Assembly (NCBI GenBank): GCA_036172245.1
Contig: JAYWIR010000026.1
Span: 2,604,001 to 2,668,000, forward strand
DNA from: Raillietiella orientalis
Taxonomy: Eukaryota
DNA length: 64,000 bases
Reading direction: 5' to 3'
Shown here: in pieces, positions 1-12,260 of the stretch
How the letters are laid out: the number at the start of each line of letters is the position of its first letter
Position numbering within the stretch: position 1 is the first letter of the stretch
The notes under the pieces: model-generated
What the model saw: only the letters and a program-made list of their open reading frames with translations
Told to the model about the DNA's origin: nothing
The model's database searches: none
Translations under genes and position numbers: made by a program

Positions 1-720
1 CCCGCATTAATGCTGGGAAGTTGGCGGCTTTTTGTCCGCTTTTACCGGCGAGCGGACGGTAAGCAGCACTGCTGGCTGGAGATCACGGTCGCCACCGTCC
101 TCCATAGTGCTGCACGAAATCGAGTGCTCATCTCCGGTCGCTTGACGCTCCGGGGTGAGCTCTCGCTCCTTCGCGGCCTGCGCTGCGCGCCTCAGGGCCT
201 TAGCCCGGCGCGCTACGGCTTCCGCGCTGGTGATCCGACGTGCGGCGGTGATCTCAGACTCCGTTTCTGAGTCGGACTGAAGCGCGGGCACTTCGCCACT
301 CGCCTGCCGTGTCGATTCGGAAATCCTCACAGATGGGACAGCGGACACTTCCTTTTTCGCGGTCACCGGGGCATCGCTCCCGGCGATCGCAGCTTTCGCT
401 CCATTAGCTGTCGCGGCGGTATCTTTTGCAATGGCAGAGGGAACCTTCGCGCGAGTTTTGTTCAACGCGCTGCTGTTCCGTGCCTTGCAAAGGCTCTTGG
501 ATGGAGGTTGCGGAGAATTTTTGGGAGACTTTACCTTCCTCCCTTTTTCCACAACCGTCCACACTCTGTCCGTTTCCTCGGAGCGTTCCGTGATGTTCGT
601 CAAGAACGCCTCCGGGTTTTCCTCCCCAACCGCCTCGGGCGCAGCTTTCGCTGCACCCTTAAAAAGCGAGAATGGCGCAGCCTCCTCGGCAGTCGGGAGA
701 TTGCTCCGCGACTGCCTCGT
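1..720 (-). mobile_element. Probable non-LTR retrotransposon ORF1 (gag-like) low-complexity fragment
   Basis: Open, Ala/Lys/Ser/Arg-rich minus-strand frame (within ORF 7..792) abutting an ORF2 3' end. No diagnostic motif; the call rests on composition and context. Confidence 0.4.
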
Positions 721-1486
721 TGGGGACTTCGCGTGGTCCAGGGTATTCAAAACAAACCTCCGAAGATTAATTCGGGAAGAAGACCGTGACATCAGTGCCC
801 TCCAGGAAGCCGCCGATCGCTACGGAAGTGACCGGATCAACCTGCTAGCGATCGGCACGATGCTCTGGAGGAGTGACCTTCCGCCGGGCACCCAGGATGA
901 CCTCCTGATGTTTTATCATGGAGGAATCCAGAGTGGGTCCCGATTGCAGTACTATACCGGAAGACGGGAAGATCGAGACTGCACGGCATGTGGAGACAAC
1001 GACACGAGACTTCACGTCTTGACGTGTCCCACATTGCTGCATGACTGGCTGATCCTGAAAAGGATCATCGGACTTACGAACAGATCCGTAATGGAGATCC
1101 TCGCCGGGATGTTTCAGGGGGATGGTAATGTTCCCTGTTACAATCCCATGGTGAGGACGACCATCGCCCTTTTCATCACCGCCATACTTGTGCGGTGGTG
1201 GAAAATGAGGAAAGCCAGAAGAGCCGCACCACCGATGGAGATCCTACAAGGGCTCCTGAAGAGGGAAATCGGCATTAGAAACTGTGGGAAAATCCAAGCC
1301 TGGACGTACCGATTCATCCTGAAGAGGATAGAAGACGACGCCCGGGACCAAACATCTGGAAACCCACCATTAGTGCAGAACTTGTGAGAACCCAAGGACT
1401 TCATAGTGGTAAAAAAAAAAGTGCTAATGGTATGGATGAGATTGTAGTGTGAATGTTTTTATAGAAAAATTTAAAAAAAAAAATAA
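721..1486 (+). mobile_element. Non-LTR retrotransposon ORF2 3' end with zf-RVT-like zinc knuckle, 3' UTR and A-tracts
   Basis: CTACGDNDTRLHVLTC (C-x2-C...H...C) at ~980-1027 in ORF 431..1387; stop at 1387; A-rich tracts at 1411-1420 and 1473-1486. Confidence 0.8.
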
Positions 1487-1499
1487 ATTTACCCCACCC

Positions 1500-2047
1500 C
1501 TCGTGGGACTTGGGGAAAACTGCCTCGTTGGGGACACCCGACATTCAGGATGAGCTCCTGATGTTTTATCACAGCGGCATTCTGAGCGGCACTAGGATAA
1601 AACACTACACCGGAAATCTGCAGGAGGAGAAGTGCAATGCCTCTGGAACCAGAGAAACCCAACTTCACGTACTCACCTGCCCGTCTGTGCGCCAAGACTG
1701 GACCAGTCTCAAGAAGGTGATAGACTAGCAGCCGTTGCGGAAGATGGAGATTCTCGTTGGCATGTTCGAAGGGGACAGCAACGTTCCACGATACAACCCG
1801 ATGGTCCGCACTACCATAGCCCTCTTTATCAAAAGCATCGTGAAAAGGAGGGCCAAAATGCGAACAGGAATAAGCCAGGTGCCAGCTATGGAAATATTGA
1901 AAGGACTCCTAAAAAGAGGAATTGGAATCAGAAGCAGTGGAGAGATTCCAGCTTAAATGTACTGTCATATCTTGCAAAGGATTCCAGAACATTGAGAAAA
2001 GTGAGAACAGGAGTAAATACTGAAAGTGAGAAACCATTGTCAAAGTG
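1500..2047 (+). mobile_element. Degenerate second copy of the same ORF2 3' end
   Basis: QDELLMFYHSGI...CNASGTRETQLHVLTC and YNPMVRTTIALFI match the 721-1387 copy; in-frame stops at 1728 and 1956. Confidence 0.8.
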
Positions 2048-3420
2048 TTAAGGCAAATAAATTCTCCCCTCGGCAAGTCGGACAGGGGAAAAAATGTCGC
2101 GTTGAGGAGGATGCGGCCGGTAGCGGCTGGTTTTCAAACAACTCGCCGCCACTTTCCCCGGCTTTTCTAGCCGGAATTCGAGCCGCCTTTTTTGGGGGTT
2201 TCCTGTTGAAGCCCCCGAAATGGACAAGGGGCTCAAGGAGACGGTTGTCGCAGAAGTGCGATTCGCGTGTCCCCGTGTCGCGCTGCCGCCCCGTGTAACT
2301 GGCTTCACTGACCCCATTCCCGGGGCGGTAACTCCGCTTTCCGCTATGGGATCAGTGAAGGCACGCGCTCAGCCCTCGCGCCCTTTTTTAATAGGCTTCC
2401 CTGCCTACCGATTTCCCTTTCGGGGCTTTGCGGCAGAGGAAACCTCTTGAAACGCCACGTTCCTGTCCGGTTTTTTGGCAGGCATTCCCGCGTCTCCTCG
2501 TTTTTTTGGGGCTGCTGCTTCCTCCTCAGTGCTCTCTTTAACGCGCCGAATTCTAGCGGCCTCCTTTTTTGCAATGTCCGGGCACTGCCTGATTTGGTGC
2601 CCGGACTCCTAGCAATACGGGAACTCCGGGGAAGGGCATTCTTTACCCCGATGCCCTTCTTTGCCGCATTGCTCGCACGCGCGAGTTTGTCAACGAATCA
2701 CAGGTGAACGACCGTGCCGTTGACCTGTAACGTGGCGGCGTGCGGCGGTTAGGAACGGTTACCCTAACCGCAGCAAATCCTGTGTGGACGGAGGGGAATT
2801 TTTTGTATACACTCCCCTTCCTCCACACCGCATGAATGGTGGAGAAATTCGCCAAGGCGTCCAACAACTGTTTGTCATTGATCTCCGGCTCGACGTCCGA
2901 GAGAACAACGACAAAAGACTCGTCCATCGCGGAGGGAAAAACTTTCTTCCCGCAAATGGACAAAGGAGTGCGGAGGAGCCGCTGCACAAGCTCAGCCTGC
3001 TTGCATCGGACCTTGACATAGCCCAATGCTGGAACTGGCATGAGGGCTAACAGGTCGTCCTCTCGCACTCCCACACGGAAAAGTTCGCCCGCGAACTCTT
3101 CTCCAGCCTTACCTACCCCACTTACATTATAGCGGAGCGCAGGTTTGTAGATCTGGGCTGCATACGCTTGCAACTCCGCCTTGTCGGGAAGGCATCCTTG
3201 TACGGCTGCGGATGCAGCCACGTCCGTGAAGCTCCTGGCCAGTGGCGTGGGGCTCGCACAGGTGGTCGCCATCGCTCCAGCTGCGGGAAGTTCCTGAAAC
3301 ACAGGCTCGAGGTCTTCCACGTTGCGTTGTTCACTGCTCATCCTTAGGAGTGAGCAGCGGGACGTACAAACACAACCAAACAGCGGAACCACGCAGCGAC
3401 ACGAAATCACGTCCGTCTCC
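2048..3420 (-). mobile_element. L1/Tx1-like ORF1 (RRM-like region followed by basic low-complexity tail), frameshifted
   Basis: ORF 2643..3410: VVVLSDVEPEINDKQLLDALANFSTIHAVWR...VHTGFAAVRVTV resembles the RRM-type region of Tx1-family ORF1 proteins; broken Lys/Arg/Pro-rich frames continue to ~2050. Confidence 0.65.
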
Positions 3421-3439
3421 CATGAAAGCGAACGTTGAA

Positions 3440-4966
3440 AGTTTTAAAGCTTTCGACTGCGTCGACCAGGATCTCCTTCTGGAGCTTCTGGAACGCATGG
3501 GATTCCCAGCCGTCTTCCTGGCCTACCTGCGCTCCTGCTGGCGCTTCGCGTACATAAATATTCATCTCAGCGGCCGGCACATGTACGGCGTGCCGGTTCG
3601 TCGCGGCATCCGGCAGGGTGACAGCCTCAGCCCCCTGCTCTTCAGCATCTTCTTTGAGTTGGAGTTGAGAGCATACAGGGAGACTTTGGCAACCCTGCCG
3701 AGCTCGTGTCCCGGTACGCCTGCCGTGTCGGCCTATGCCGACGACCTTCTGCTCCTGCTCCCCGGGTCCAGCCCGGCATCGGCGCTCGAGGATTTCTTTG
3801 AGTTGCTGCACCGTGGGACGGGCCTCGAGGTAAACAGGGCGAAGTCGTCGATCATTGAATCGGACACGTCGCGGGCAGGACGGTCGAACTGGATCCGGTT
3901 GGGGATCCCCACGGGCGAGTACATCAAGTACCTTGGCATTCGGTTGGGGGACTTCTGCGTTGCAGAAGCCTGGTCCGACAGTCTCCAAAAGATGGAGTTG
4001 GCGATCGGCCCGTTCCGGGACGGCGAGTTTTACTTGCAGGAACGGGCCGCAGTGTGGAACGCCTTTGCGGCCCCCCTCCTTCGCCCCTACTTTTTGTGTG
4101 TCCCGCCCCTCCCCAAATTAGGACAAGGACAAGGGGCCTTATAAGAGAAGCCCTCTGGGGCAACTGGAGGCCCCGCGTCCGGCTTAAAGACTTGTGCGCT
4201 CCACGCAGGGACGGTGGACTCCTGACGTTGGAGCGCATGGAGAGACAGCTCTAATTCAGGAAACTTGCCCTTGTGGCAAAGAATTGGACAGCACCATGGT
4301 GTGCGCCCGCACGACTCCTCGCCCACAGGGCAACAGGCTGCAATGGATTGACCTCAATCCTAGTAGCCAACGACCGTAGTCTGAACCATTGTGGGATTCA
4401 GCTATGGGATCTGGTTGTCCTGGTGAGAGAGAACCCGTGGATCTCCTGCATCCCCGCGGACTGGACTACCTGGCTACAGGAGTCCTTTCCGCGTGGGCTA
4501 AAATCAACGGCTCCAGTGATGAGGACTTCTCCTGTCTCTGCAGAGGCCGGTACTCTGGTCAGCCACTGCAGGAGATCGTCTGCAACCCCCGGAAACTTCT
4601 GTGGGCTTTCTTCACCTCCCTTGCCCCCGTGCTGCCCTCCCTCAGGAAAGTTAGGGACAGCCAACAGGAGGCATCGTGAGAAGTGACCTGCCTCATCGGA
4701 GGCAGGAAAAAACTGATGAAGGCGTGGATGAAGCGGACGCTAGTGCCCCGACTGTCCCGCCGAATGGACTTTTACGCTGGGGCGCGCTGCTCGATGTACC
4801 TCCGGAGGAGGTGAAATGGCCCCCGGCGTCTTGGGACAACGGCACCCTTCCCCTGCAGTGGCAGGAGACGGCGTTGCTTCTGCTCCATTGGGGAATTTTA
4901 AGCAGTGCACTCCTGTCTCACTGGACATCGGGGAGTTCTTACCCGGTCACGCCGAGTCGTTTATGA
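3440..4966 (+). mobile_element. L1/Tx1-clade reverse transcriptase (domains 3-7 and post-RT region), 5'-truncated and frameshifted
   Basis: KAFDCV, RRGIRQGDSLSPLLF, YADD (3734-3745), GLEVNRAKS, KYLGI, then LCAPRRDGGL after a frameshift near 4130. Confidence 0.95.
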
Positions 4967-5084
4967 ATAAACACTGTACATCTGCGGTACTAGGGCCCAC
5001 TACGGCCAATAGTTCATGGGACCTGCCAGGAAGTTGGTTCGCAGACCGGCTTGACTCTCCTTGGCAGCGGAGGGAATAGGGGGT

Positions 5085-6110
5085 AAAACAAAAAGAAAAA
5101 TAAATGAAACAAACAAAAAAAAAAAAACTATTTGGGGGGCCGGGAAGAGATCACAGCCTGCCGGAGGAAGAGATCAACCTTTCCAGGATGCCCTCGAGGT
5201 CCCTAGTCATAGTTCCCAGATGGGACCAGCCGATCGCGATTCGCAGGTAGCGACCTGCGTGTGCGATGAGATCCCTATCGCTGCTTCCTCTGTTGGCTGC
5301 GCTCCACGCGGCCACAATCCCTCGGAGGCAGCAAAGCGCTGCCAGGCTTGAGGCTGGTGACAGGGCGTCTCGCACGAAGAGAAATCTCAGAACGTCTCTG
5401 GGGATACTGCCGACCGGCATAGGGAAGGTCGTAGCAAAACGTTCCCACAAGGTCCGGAGGGCAGCGCAGTCCACTAACAGGTGTGGGAGGCATTCCTTCT
5501 CCCCGCACACTGCACAGTCTGTTCCACCTTCCCCAACGTCCAGTGGTGACGGCGCGCGTTTCAGGGAAGACCCCAGTGCTACAGCAGCAGCGCCGATTCC
5601 GGCCACTTGAGGGGGAAGGTGGATGCGTCTCTAAATAACGGGGGCCACTTTAGGTCATCCAGCGGGATGCCAAGCAGCTCGCCCCATCTCTGGATTCCAT
5701 GAGGGTGAACGCTTGGAGTTGCGGCGTCTGCCAGTTCCCTCATGGTCCACCCGCATAGATCCTTCTCCTTGCCCGCTATCCTGCAGGACATCGGGAAGTG
5801 TGGATGCCAATTGTGCAGAGTGCGGGGAAAGAGGGACCTTCCCCCACTTAATCATCGAGAGTGTTGCCCTCCGTGAGATGTGAGATCGACTCTCGTCGAT
5901 CCTGAACATTCCGGTGGGCGACCCGAAGAACATTTTTAGACGCCTCCTGATGTGGGACTCCATGCCAGCCTCCGGGTGTGTAGCAGTGCTCTGTTGCATA
6001 CGCGGAATCCTGGATAAGTGGACCGCGTCAAGGAGAGGCCACAGAAGTCGGAAAGCCATCCACTGGGCAGCCATCTCTTTGGAGAAGGCTTCCCGTTGGC
6101 GCCGACTTCA
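5085..6110 (-). mobile_element. Related L1/Tx1 ORF2 3' end with zinc knuckle and T-rich 3' UTR
   Basis: CAVCGEKECLPHLLVDC in ORF 5151..5606; RWGELLGIPLDDLKWPP (5579..5791) is homologous to RWGALLDVPPEEVKWPP (4676..4966, + strand). Confidence 0.85.
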
Positions 6111-6119
6111 AAAACATTG

Positions 6120-7260
6120 ACCGGCACTTGTTCGCATCCGAAACCGGATGCAGAGGCCTCCTCACAGCGTACCGTGATCCCCTTCCATTCCTCCACTCCC
6201 AAAACATTGCCCGCGTCGTAGGCCTTGTGGTTAAGGCTTCCGCGTGTGGCACCATGCGTCGCGGGTTCGAATACTTCGGCAGAAACTCTGACGCCACTGC
6301 GTCGTTTGGGTTCCGAGTTTCTCCTGCAACGGCGCTGGTTGGCCGAGACATTCGGGCTTGGCTCCGGCGGTGGATAAAGCCGGAGGCCTCCCGATGAAGA
6401 CCAGAACAATAGGAGTCGACCTTCTGGTCCTCCCAGGAATCAAGGAATGGGAAGTTCTCTCTCCTGTCGTGCAACGGAGAGCGGACCCCCCCACCGGGGA
6501 CCCCTCCGGTTTCAAGATGAAGCAGAAGCCCTCATGGGCACCTTTCCAGTTGTTCAAAAGAGGGGACCCCTCTGTTGCGGAGGTCCCTTTGAGTCGTCTC
6601 CTCTTCACAGAGTTCACAAGGAGGCAAGCGAGAGAGGTTCCCTGCAGGAAGCTGCAGCGCCCCTTCTGAGTTTCGGAAGCGTCCCTTTGGGGTTCTCTTC
6701 AGAGGAGTGAACAGGAGCGGTTCCCTCGCGGGCTCCCTCCGGAGAAGAAATTCCTACAAGTGGATCCTTTCCGGGTTCCCTTCGGAGAAGTTGAAATGAA
6801 GTTGAAATGGAGAGGACAGCTTCTCCCAATTGGGGGGGGGGGGGTGTCCCTCCGGAGAGAATGAGGAAGGAGACTACCTTCGGGGTTCCCCTTCGGAGAC
6901 AACCAGGGTGGAAGGTGCGATCCCCCCCGTCCGGGGTGATCCCTCCCCAAGCGTGAGAGGAATTGACTCCGAGTCCTTCCTGGGTTCATAGGGCGGACCC
7001 CCATCCCGGGGTGTCCCCTATCCTGAAGAATTACACTGAAGAATTACACGCCCACCTGCGGGTTGCCACAGGCGGAGGGGCGTGGAAACAAAACAGTGTA
7101 TTAATGTTTAAAAAGAGCCACATGCGCCGCGAGACATGCGACCGGCTTTGAGGTACTTAGCGAACCAAAAAAAAAAAAAAAACTTTAAAAGAAAAAAAAA
7201 AAGCTGAAAGAAAAACAGCAAGTCAAAAGAAAAAAAAGAACCCAAGGATCTCCATCGTCC
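6120..7260 (+). repeat. Interspersed ~1.1-kb repeat of unknown class, copy 1 (A-rich end)
   Basis: The block ctcttcacagagt.cacaaggaggcaagcgagagaggttccctgcaggaagctgcagcg and the downstream sequence recur at ~39330 (same strand) and ~14100-14190 (reverse). Confidence 0.85.
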
Positions 7261-9349
7261 TAGGCCAATAGTAACGATCTCCTCAAGGGGGGGGGGCTAC
7301 TAGCCTTTAAAAAAAAGAAAAAAAAACATTGCCCCACAGGCGTTTTTCTTTTTTTTCTTTGTTTTCCTTTTCCCGCCCGTGTGCCAGTGTGGAGGACCTT
7401 ATCGGCCTGCGGGTCGGTAAGGACAAGTACCCCAAGACAGCCGGAACATGAAATTCGGTTGGAAAACAAATGAACTCAGTGACAACAGTAGAAGACTTCA
7501 TTCTGAAATTTTTCATTATGAAAAGAAAATTTTAATAATAAAAGCCCCAGCTAACCCGGGTGGAAAACCAAAATTTTGTAGTGTGGGCGGAAAAACTGCA
7601 GGCAGAGAAAACTGCAGACTTTCTGCAATGAAGGGCATTGCATACCTCTGAATCGACGAGGTGAAGGTGGGTCGTACCTCGGTAGGGAATATTGCCGCGG
7701 ACGCGTTCCGAGGACAGGTGGAGCCTTTCTCGTCGCTCAAGGTGTCCCTCAAGCATTTCATGCTTCCCTGGGCGCCGTAATTGCACGCCACAGGCGGTTT
7801 TCCTGTCAAAAGAGACCTCGACCAGGACGGCGAGCCGTAAACTGGCCAGGAAACCCGCGCGTTCCGGGAGATCCAGGAGAATCTCCTTTTCGATCCACTT
7901 CGAAGGCTATTGAGGGTGCAGTCTTCACCTCAAGGACCCGCGATCTTTCAATACGTTTACTAGCCCAGTACGGAAGGTCATTCTTCCGTCTTCCGTGTTC
8001 TAAACCGGAGTGCATCTGGAAGCACAAACAACCGAGGAAAAGTCCGGTCCTCCGCACTCGAAAGAGTGCAGCAAAGCCACGCTTCGGGTTGAGGATAATT
8101 GGTGCCATCCTTCGGGGTCGTTCAGCTAACAGTTTCCCTAGGATCTAGAAATCAACGCTTGACACGGTGATCAGACTAGTGGCGCCCACATTTCCGTGAG
8201 TGTCCTTCGTTAGCGAAGACACGCACCCCAGGTGATAGGAAAGAGAAGGGCGCGTCTCGTGTTTTAAGGATCAGAGAAGTGATGGTCAGCACAGAAATGT
8301 ATGCTCTGCCACGAAGCATTCACGAAATTCCGTGCGCGGTGCCTTACGTTTCCTTGGATTCCTCACAGGGAAGACGCTGTGGACGAGGCAGGGCTGCGAG
8401 ATGATTTTGCCGATATGTGGGACCCCCAAGGATGCCAACTAAAAACAGGGCTTTGGGAGTTGCAGAGCTTGCAGGGCGCGCGTCGAACTGATCCCAATAT
8501 TGCTGCCTCCACGCGTCCACCGGAAAGAGTCCAGAAAGGAACGGAGAGTGCACGCGCGCAAGGTGTGCGTGAGACGCGTGGACCTGCAATTGCGCGCGAG
8601 AAGGGAACGCAAATCGCTCTCCCCTGCTGCTCTTACCTCGCATCGCTGGATGGCATGGCGCTTCATTAAATCAGCAGTCTGCACGGAAGGGCGAAAAAAG
8701 GGGAGCAGTGAGGGCCGTCTTTTCCGCGGAACCGTTCTTCTCCAGGAATGCACAGAGGTGATTTCGAGAGCTCGTGGAGACGCGCAAACCCCTGCAAAAC
8801 GGAGGGATGCCGGCGGTGAGGTCTGAGGCACTGGAAGGGCGGATCACGTGAACCCTCATCCAGTGGACGCAGCGCAATGACCGTGGGTTCTCGTCTTGCC
8901 GGACGGCACCTTGACCACCTTGATAACGCTTGGCGGATACCACGCCGCAACAGGAAGGCTTGTGAAGAGGATGACCTCGTTAAGCCGTGGCTGCTGTTCG
9001 GGAACACTAAGCCGCCGTCGTCGGAAGAAACGCAGACGGTTGCCTGCAGAGGAGAGACCGGAACGGGAAACGACCGCTTTCGGCGTGACGTTTGGAAACA
9101 TCGAACTTCCTTGCAACGCAAGCCTTGAGGTGATGTCAGCTGCCTTTCAAAAAAAAGATGGGTACCTACGAGTGAGGGAGGCAGAGGTTAGTGAGAACCC
9201 TTGGAATGCCAACACGCAAAGCAGACAGGTGATCTCCTGCAGGAAGAGTGCACATACCAAAGAGGCGGGAAATCTCTGATTGCTACGTCTGCCGACGACC
9301 GCTGCCAGGCGAAAGCATCCACCAAAAGCACGGATTGCGAAGGTGTGTC

Positions 9350-10520
9350 GCCTCATAACGGCTGTCCCACACGCTATCCACGTTTCGAAAATATTTATGA
9401 ATCTCAGCAACGTTTTCAGCTCTGAAGAGGAAGCCAGTTCTCCTCTGTGCATTCCATGGAAGCTGGTGCAGTGTGGATAGGCGGCGACATGGTGCTCTCG
9501 GTGGAGCGGTGGATTCTCGGAATCCTTCCACTCTTGTATTTGGTATCTGAAATTTCAATGATTTTGATGATTCGTACTCAAAATTCTCGATGTCCGGAAT
9601 TTACTCGATCGAGTTGGCGGTGACTGCTGCCCGGGTGGGCTCTCCCATGAATTGGCGCGAAAAGGACGTGGTCCACTGTTTTGCAGCATCGGTTTCACTC
9701 CAGCTGTGCGATTGCAGATTGGAGCCTCTGATTGAGATCCGCTACAGCTGGTCCGATTTTTATTTTCTGTGGTGACTCGAACAGAAGCAAGGAAAACACA
9801 GAATAACGGAGAATCTCCTTCGCTAGAGCCCCATGCTGAGGTTTCTTTCTTCCGTAATGGGTGCAGCGAAAAGAAGTGGCTGCCACATCGCGTTCTCACG
9901 GAGCTGCAGCCGCCTTACGAGGACATCCCGTTGACCGAATCGTGCGAGACTCTATCTCAGTCGACCTGCGAGGCGTGGTTGCGTTTGCGTGCGTCGTGGG
10001 GGCACACGAGACACGCCGCTTCGTTGCTCCCGTAGGATCGGCTATTCTGGTGACCCGATGACCCAAACCAGAGCAGCAAAGGTATTCCTGATTCCACCTG
10101 CTGAGGACGCGAGCAAAAGCTGTTCGAATTTTGAACCTTTGACCGCAATTTGCGCTGCTGCACTCCTCGCCTAACGCCAGGCTATCCAGCCAGAGAAGGG
10201 CAGGGCGACCTCCTTTCCGAGGAATGTCCACGCAATCCTTCTTCCATTCGTTAGAAACCCAAAGGATAGTCGCCATGGTTTGAGTGTTCGCCTTGTTCGT
10301 ACTCCGCGGAGAGCCACCTTCTTTGTGATCACGGAAATCGTTTAGCCACTTGGAGATCGAAAGGGCTCCTTTCCGCCCACCGAGCTGCGACGTCCGCAGG
10401 AAAGTGAATGAAGGAACGTTTTGTGTTGCTTTTGCAAAACGATGCGCTGCGCGATCCGCTGCCATAGCACGGAGCCACTGATTTGCTGAGGACGCACTCA
10501 AACCGTTCATGGTACATAAT
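9350..10520 (-). pseudogene. Decayed ORF2 fragment (APE C-terminal part, linker, RT start); paralogues at ~20350-21530, 33000-34170, 46950-48130, 61260-62420
   Basis: SFTFLRTSQLGGRKGALSISKWL and HSNH resemble APE FT...SRID...SDH motifs; downstream ALGKS...SGRIP (copy D) resembles the RT N-terminal region. Heavily degraded. Confidence 0.5.
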
Positions 10521-10827
10521 CACTGCATTTGTACAGTGCCCTGCGCGCTGCTTCTTTCCAGTGCTTCCGTTGCTCATTCACCGTCGAACGGGCGTTTGGG
10601 TGTTCGGAGATGTTCGATTCGTATTGCGTGTCGGAGTCCTTCATTCCGTTCCCTATGAATCTCTTGGTGCTGCGCAGGACGAAAGGAAACTAAGAGGCAT
10701 GAAATGGCCCGACCTTCCTTTCTCCATTGTCATGCTCTTTGGGGTTGCAAGAGGTTACGGGAGGAGGCCGTTGAGTTCCTTGGCGCGTCCAGGATTTTGC
10801 TCATAATGGAAAGTCAGTATGCCGGAA

Positions 10828-11090
10828 GGTGAATGTCAAAGGGATTACGGATCACTCACATCGGCTCCTTACGGCTCCACCTCGTTCTTTACACTAGGAC
10901 ATACGCGACCTAATATTGCCTTTACAGGGAAATCGAAAGACACTTGTAGGGGTCAGGAAGCAGCTAAGAATAAACCTAGGAAAAATTCGGGCAACTCCAA
11001 AGTACTCGGATAGCTATCAGTACGTTGCTCTTTCCGAGAACGCAACCGACTTGTTACTGAATTGCCTGGGTGATACCGGGGTGAAGGACG
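10828..11090 (+). pseudogene. Decayed APE endonuclease N-terminus; paralogue at ~48460-48700
   Basis: VNVKGI/VNVRGI followed (other frame) by PNIAF/PDITII resembles APE NVRG...DII.LQE motifs; stops and frameshifts present. Confidence 0.5.
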
Positions 11091-11118
11091 GGAGGGTTCA
11101 GTTCTTCGATATGTGCAG

Positions 11119-11375
11119 GCAAAGTGTTGCAGGGTCGAGCAGACCACGATGTAGCTGACCTGCGAATTAAGGACTCTCTGCAAGGCCACCAAAACTCTGC
11201 GGGCTTTATCGTTCCTGGCCAGACCATTTTCCAGAATCGCTTTATTGTCCAGAGTCTGACAGGTAACTGCACTCTTAGCGGCAAAGTCGGAGAAAGTCTC
11301 GACACCGTTGTCTTCACCACTCCTAACTTCCCAAACAACTTTACTGAGGACACATTTTGTTCCTTGGCCCTTCAG
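11119..11375 (+). CDS. CUB-domain cassette A, 5' exon (alternative acceptor at 11253)
   Basis: tgcag| acceptor; GNCTLSG...VFTTPNFPNNFTEDTFCSLALQ matches the CUB N-half (C...SPNFPxxYP...C); phase-0 donor CAG|gtaag. Confidence 0.8.
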
Positions 11376-11419
11376 GTAAGCAGCGGAGTTGTTGGTGGAG
11401 ACGATGTACGGCTTCCAAC

Positions 11420-12230
11420 TAGCCAAACGACATCCAGACATCACCGGAGAACGTCTTTGGGAGGTTTGATACCCGCTTCGCACTGGGCGATGATGGCAGA
11501 CTCACTCTTGAGGACATCTTGCGCAGGAGAGAGTAAGATCCGTGTGCACCCATTGCGCGCCGCTGCGAGGAAGCTAAAACGTGCTGCACCACCGGCGCCG
11601 CGAAGACACGCACCTCAACCGGGTGCCAAGGCCGTCAAGCAGAGAGAGTCCTTTTCAGAGTCCGGGTTCAAGGAGATTTGACGACGTTTCCCTACGTGGA
11701 GCTGTTCCTGCCCACGACGATCACCTTCCAGGCGGTTGCGCCCGCTGGTGGCTTCAATCTCACCTTGTGCAAGGTGCCCAACGCTTTCCAGGTTTCGTCC
11801 CAACGCCGATCGCATACGAGCAGGATCTCCCGCGTTCTGGTGAAGGATCTGGCGGACCCACAGCAAATGCTTTCCTTCCTCGTACGGGTACGTGGTGAGC
11901 GCATTCTCTTAGCCGAAATGAGGTCACCTCGCCGGGTGTCCCTCTGCCGGAGATCCGCGCGCCCTCTGGAGCGGAAGTTCCGGCGTGCGCGTCCTCGCGC
12001 CGACACGGGCATTTGCAGCTGAGCTAAACGATAGGCCACAGGGGGTTCGCGATTCTTGGGTTTCCAGGGACGAGTTCGCGGATCAGCTTTCTTGCCGGAG
12101 GGGAACTCGCTGGTCCGGATGCGCGTTGCTGCGTGCCTGAGTGCTGAAACTCGCTTTCGAAGCTGATGTCGCCCGGCGGCAGTGGGGTGGACCTTCCGCG
12201 ACGGACTTCCAGGAGCCGACTTAAAGAATT
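11420..12230 (-). pseudogene. Probable decayed RT (domains 3-7) antisense within the CUB intron; present in all five cassettes
   Basis: In the correct order on the minus strand: ISFESEFQH...SPPARKLIREL (KAFD...GFP-like), EARTPCGLS in copy D (VRQGCPLS-like), TYPYD/E (YADD position), then NLPKTFSG (PKxxGG-like). Confidence 0.45.
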
Positions 12231-12260
12231 GTGTGAGGATGCAATGGCTTCTATTTGCAG

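Noticed and set aside
431..1387. 318-aa ORF as a genuine gene
   Set aside because: It is a chance fusion of antisense ORF1-like sequence (to ~720) and an ORF2 C-terminus. The same applies to the N-terminal part of ORF 3242..4144.
10819..11013. ECQRDYGSLTS read as an upstream CUB-like exon
   Set aside because: Present only in units A and D, lacks consistent splice sites, and another frame fits an APE N-terminus (NV(K/R)G...PDI).
11659..11894. Scrambled exon order (this segment splicing back to the 5' CUB exon through a phase-1 donor)
   Set aside because: The phases are compatible, but it requires trans- or back-splicing; an antisense RT remnant or an in-order cryptic exon is simpler.
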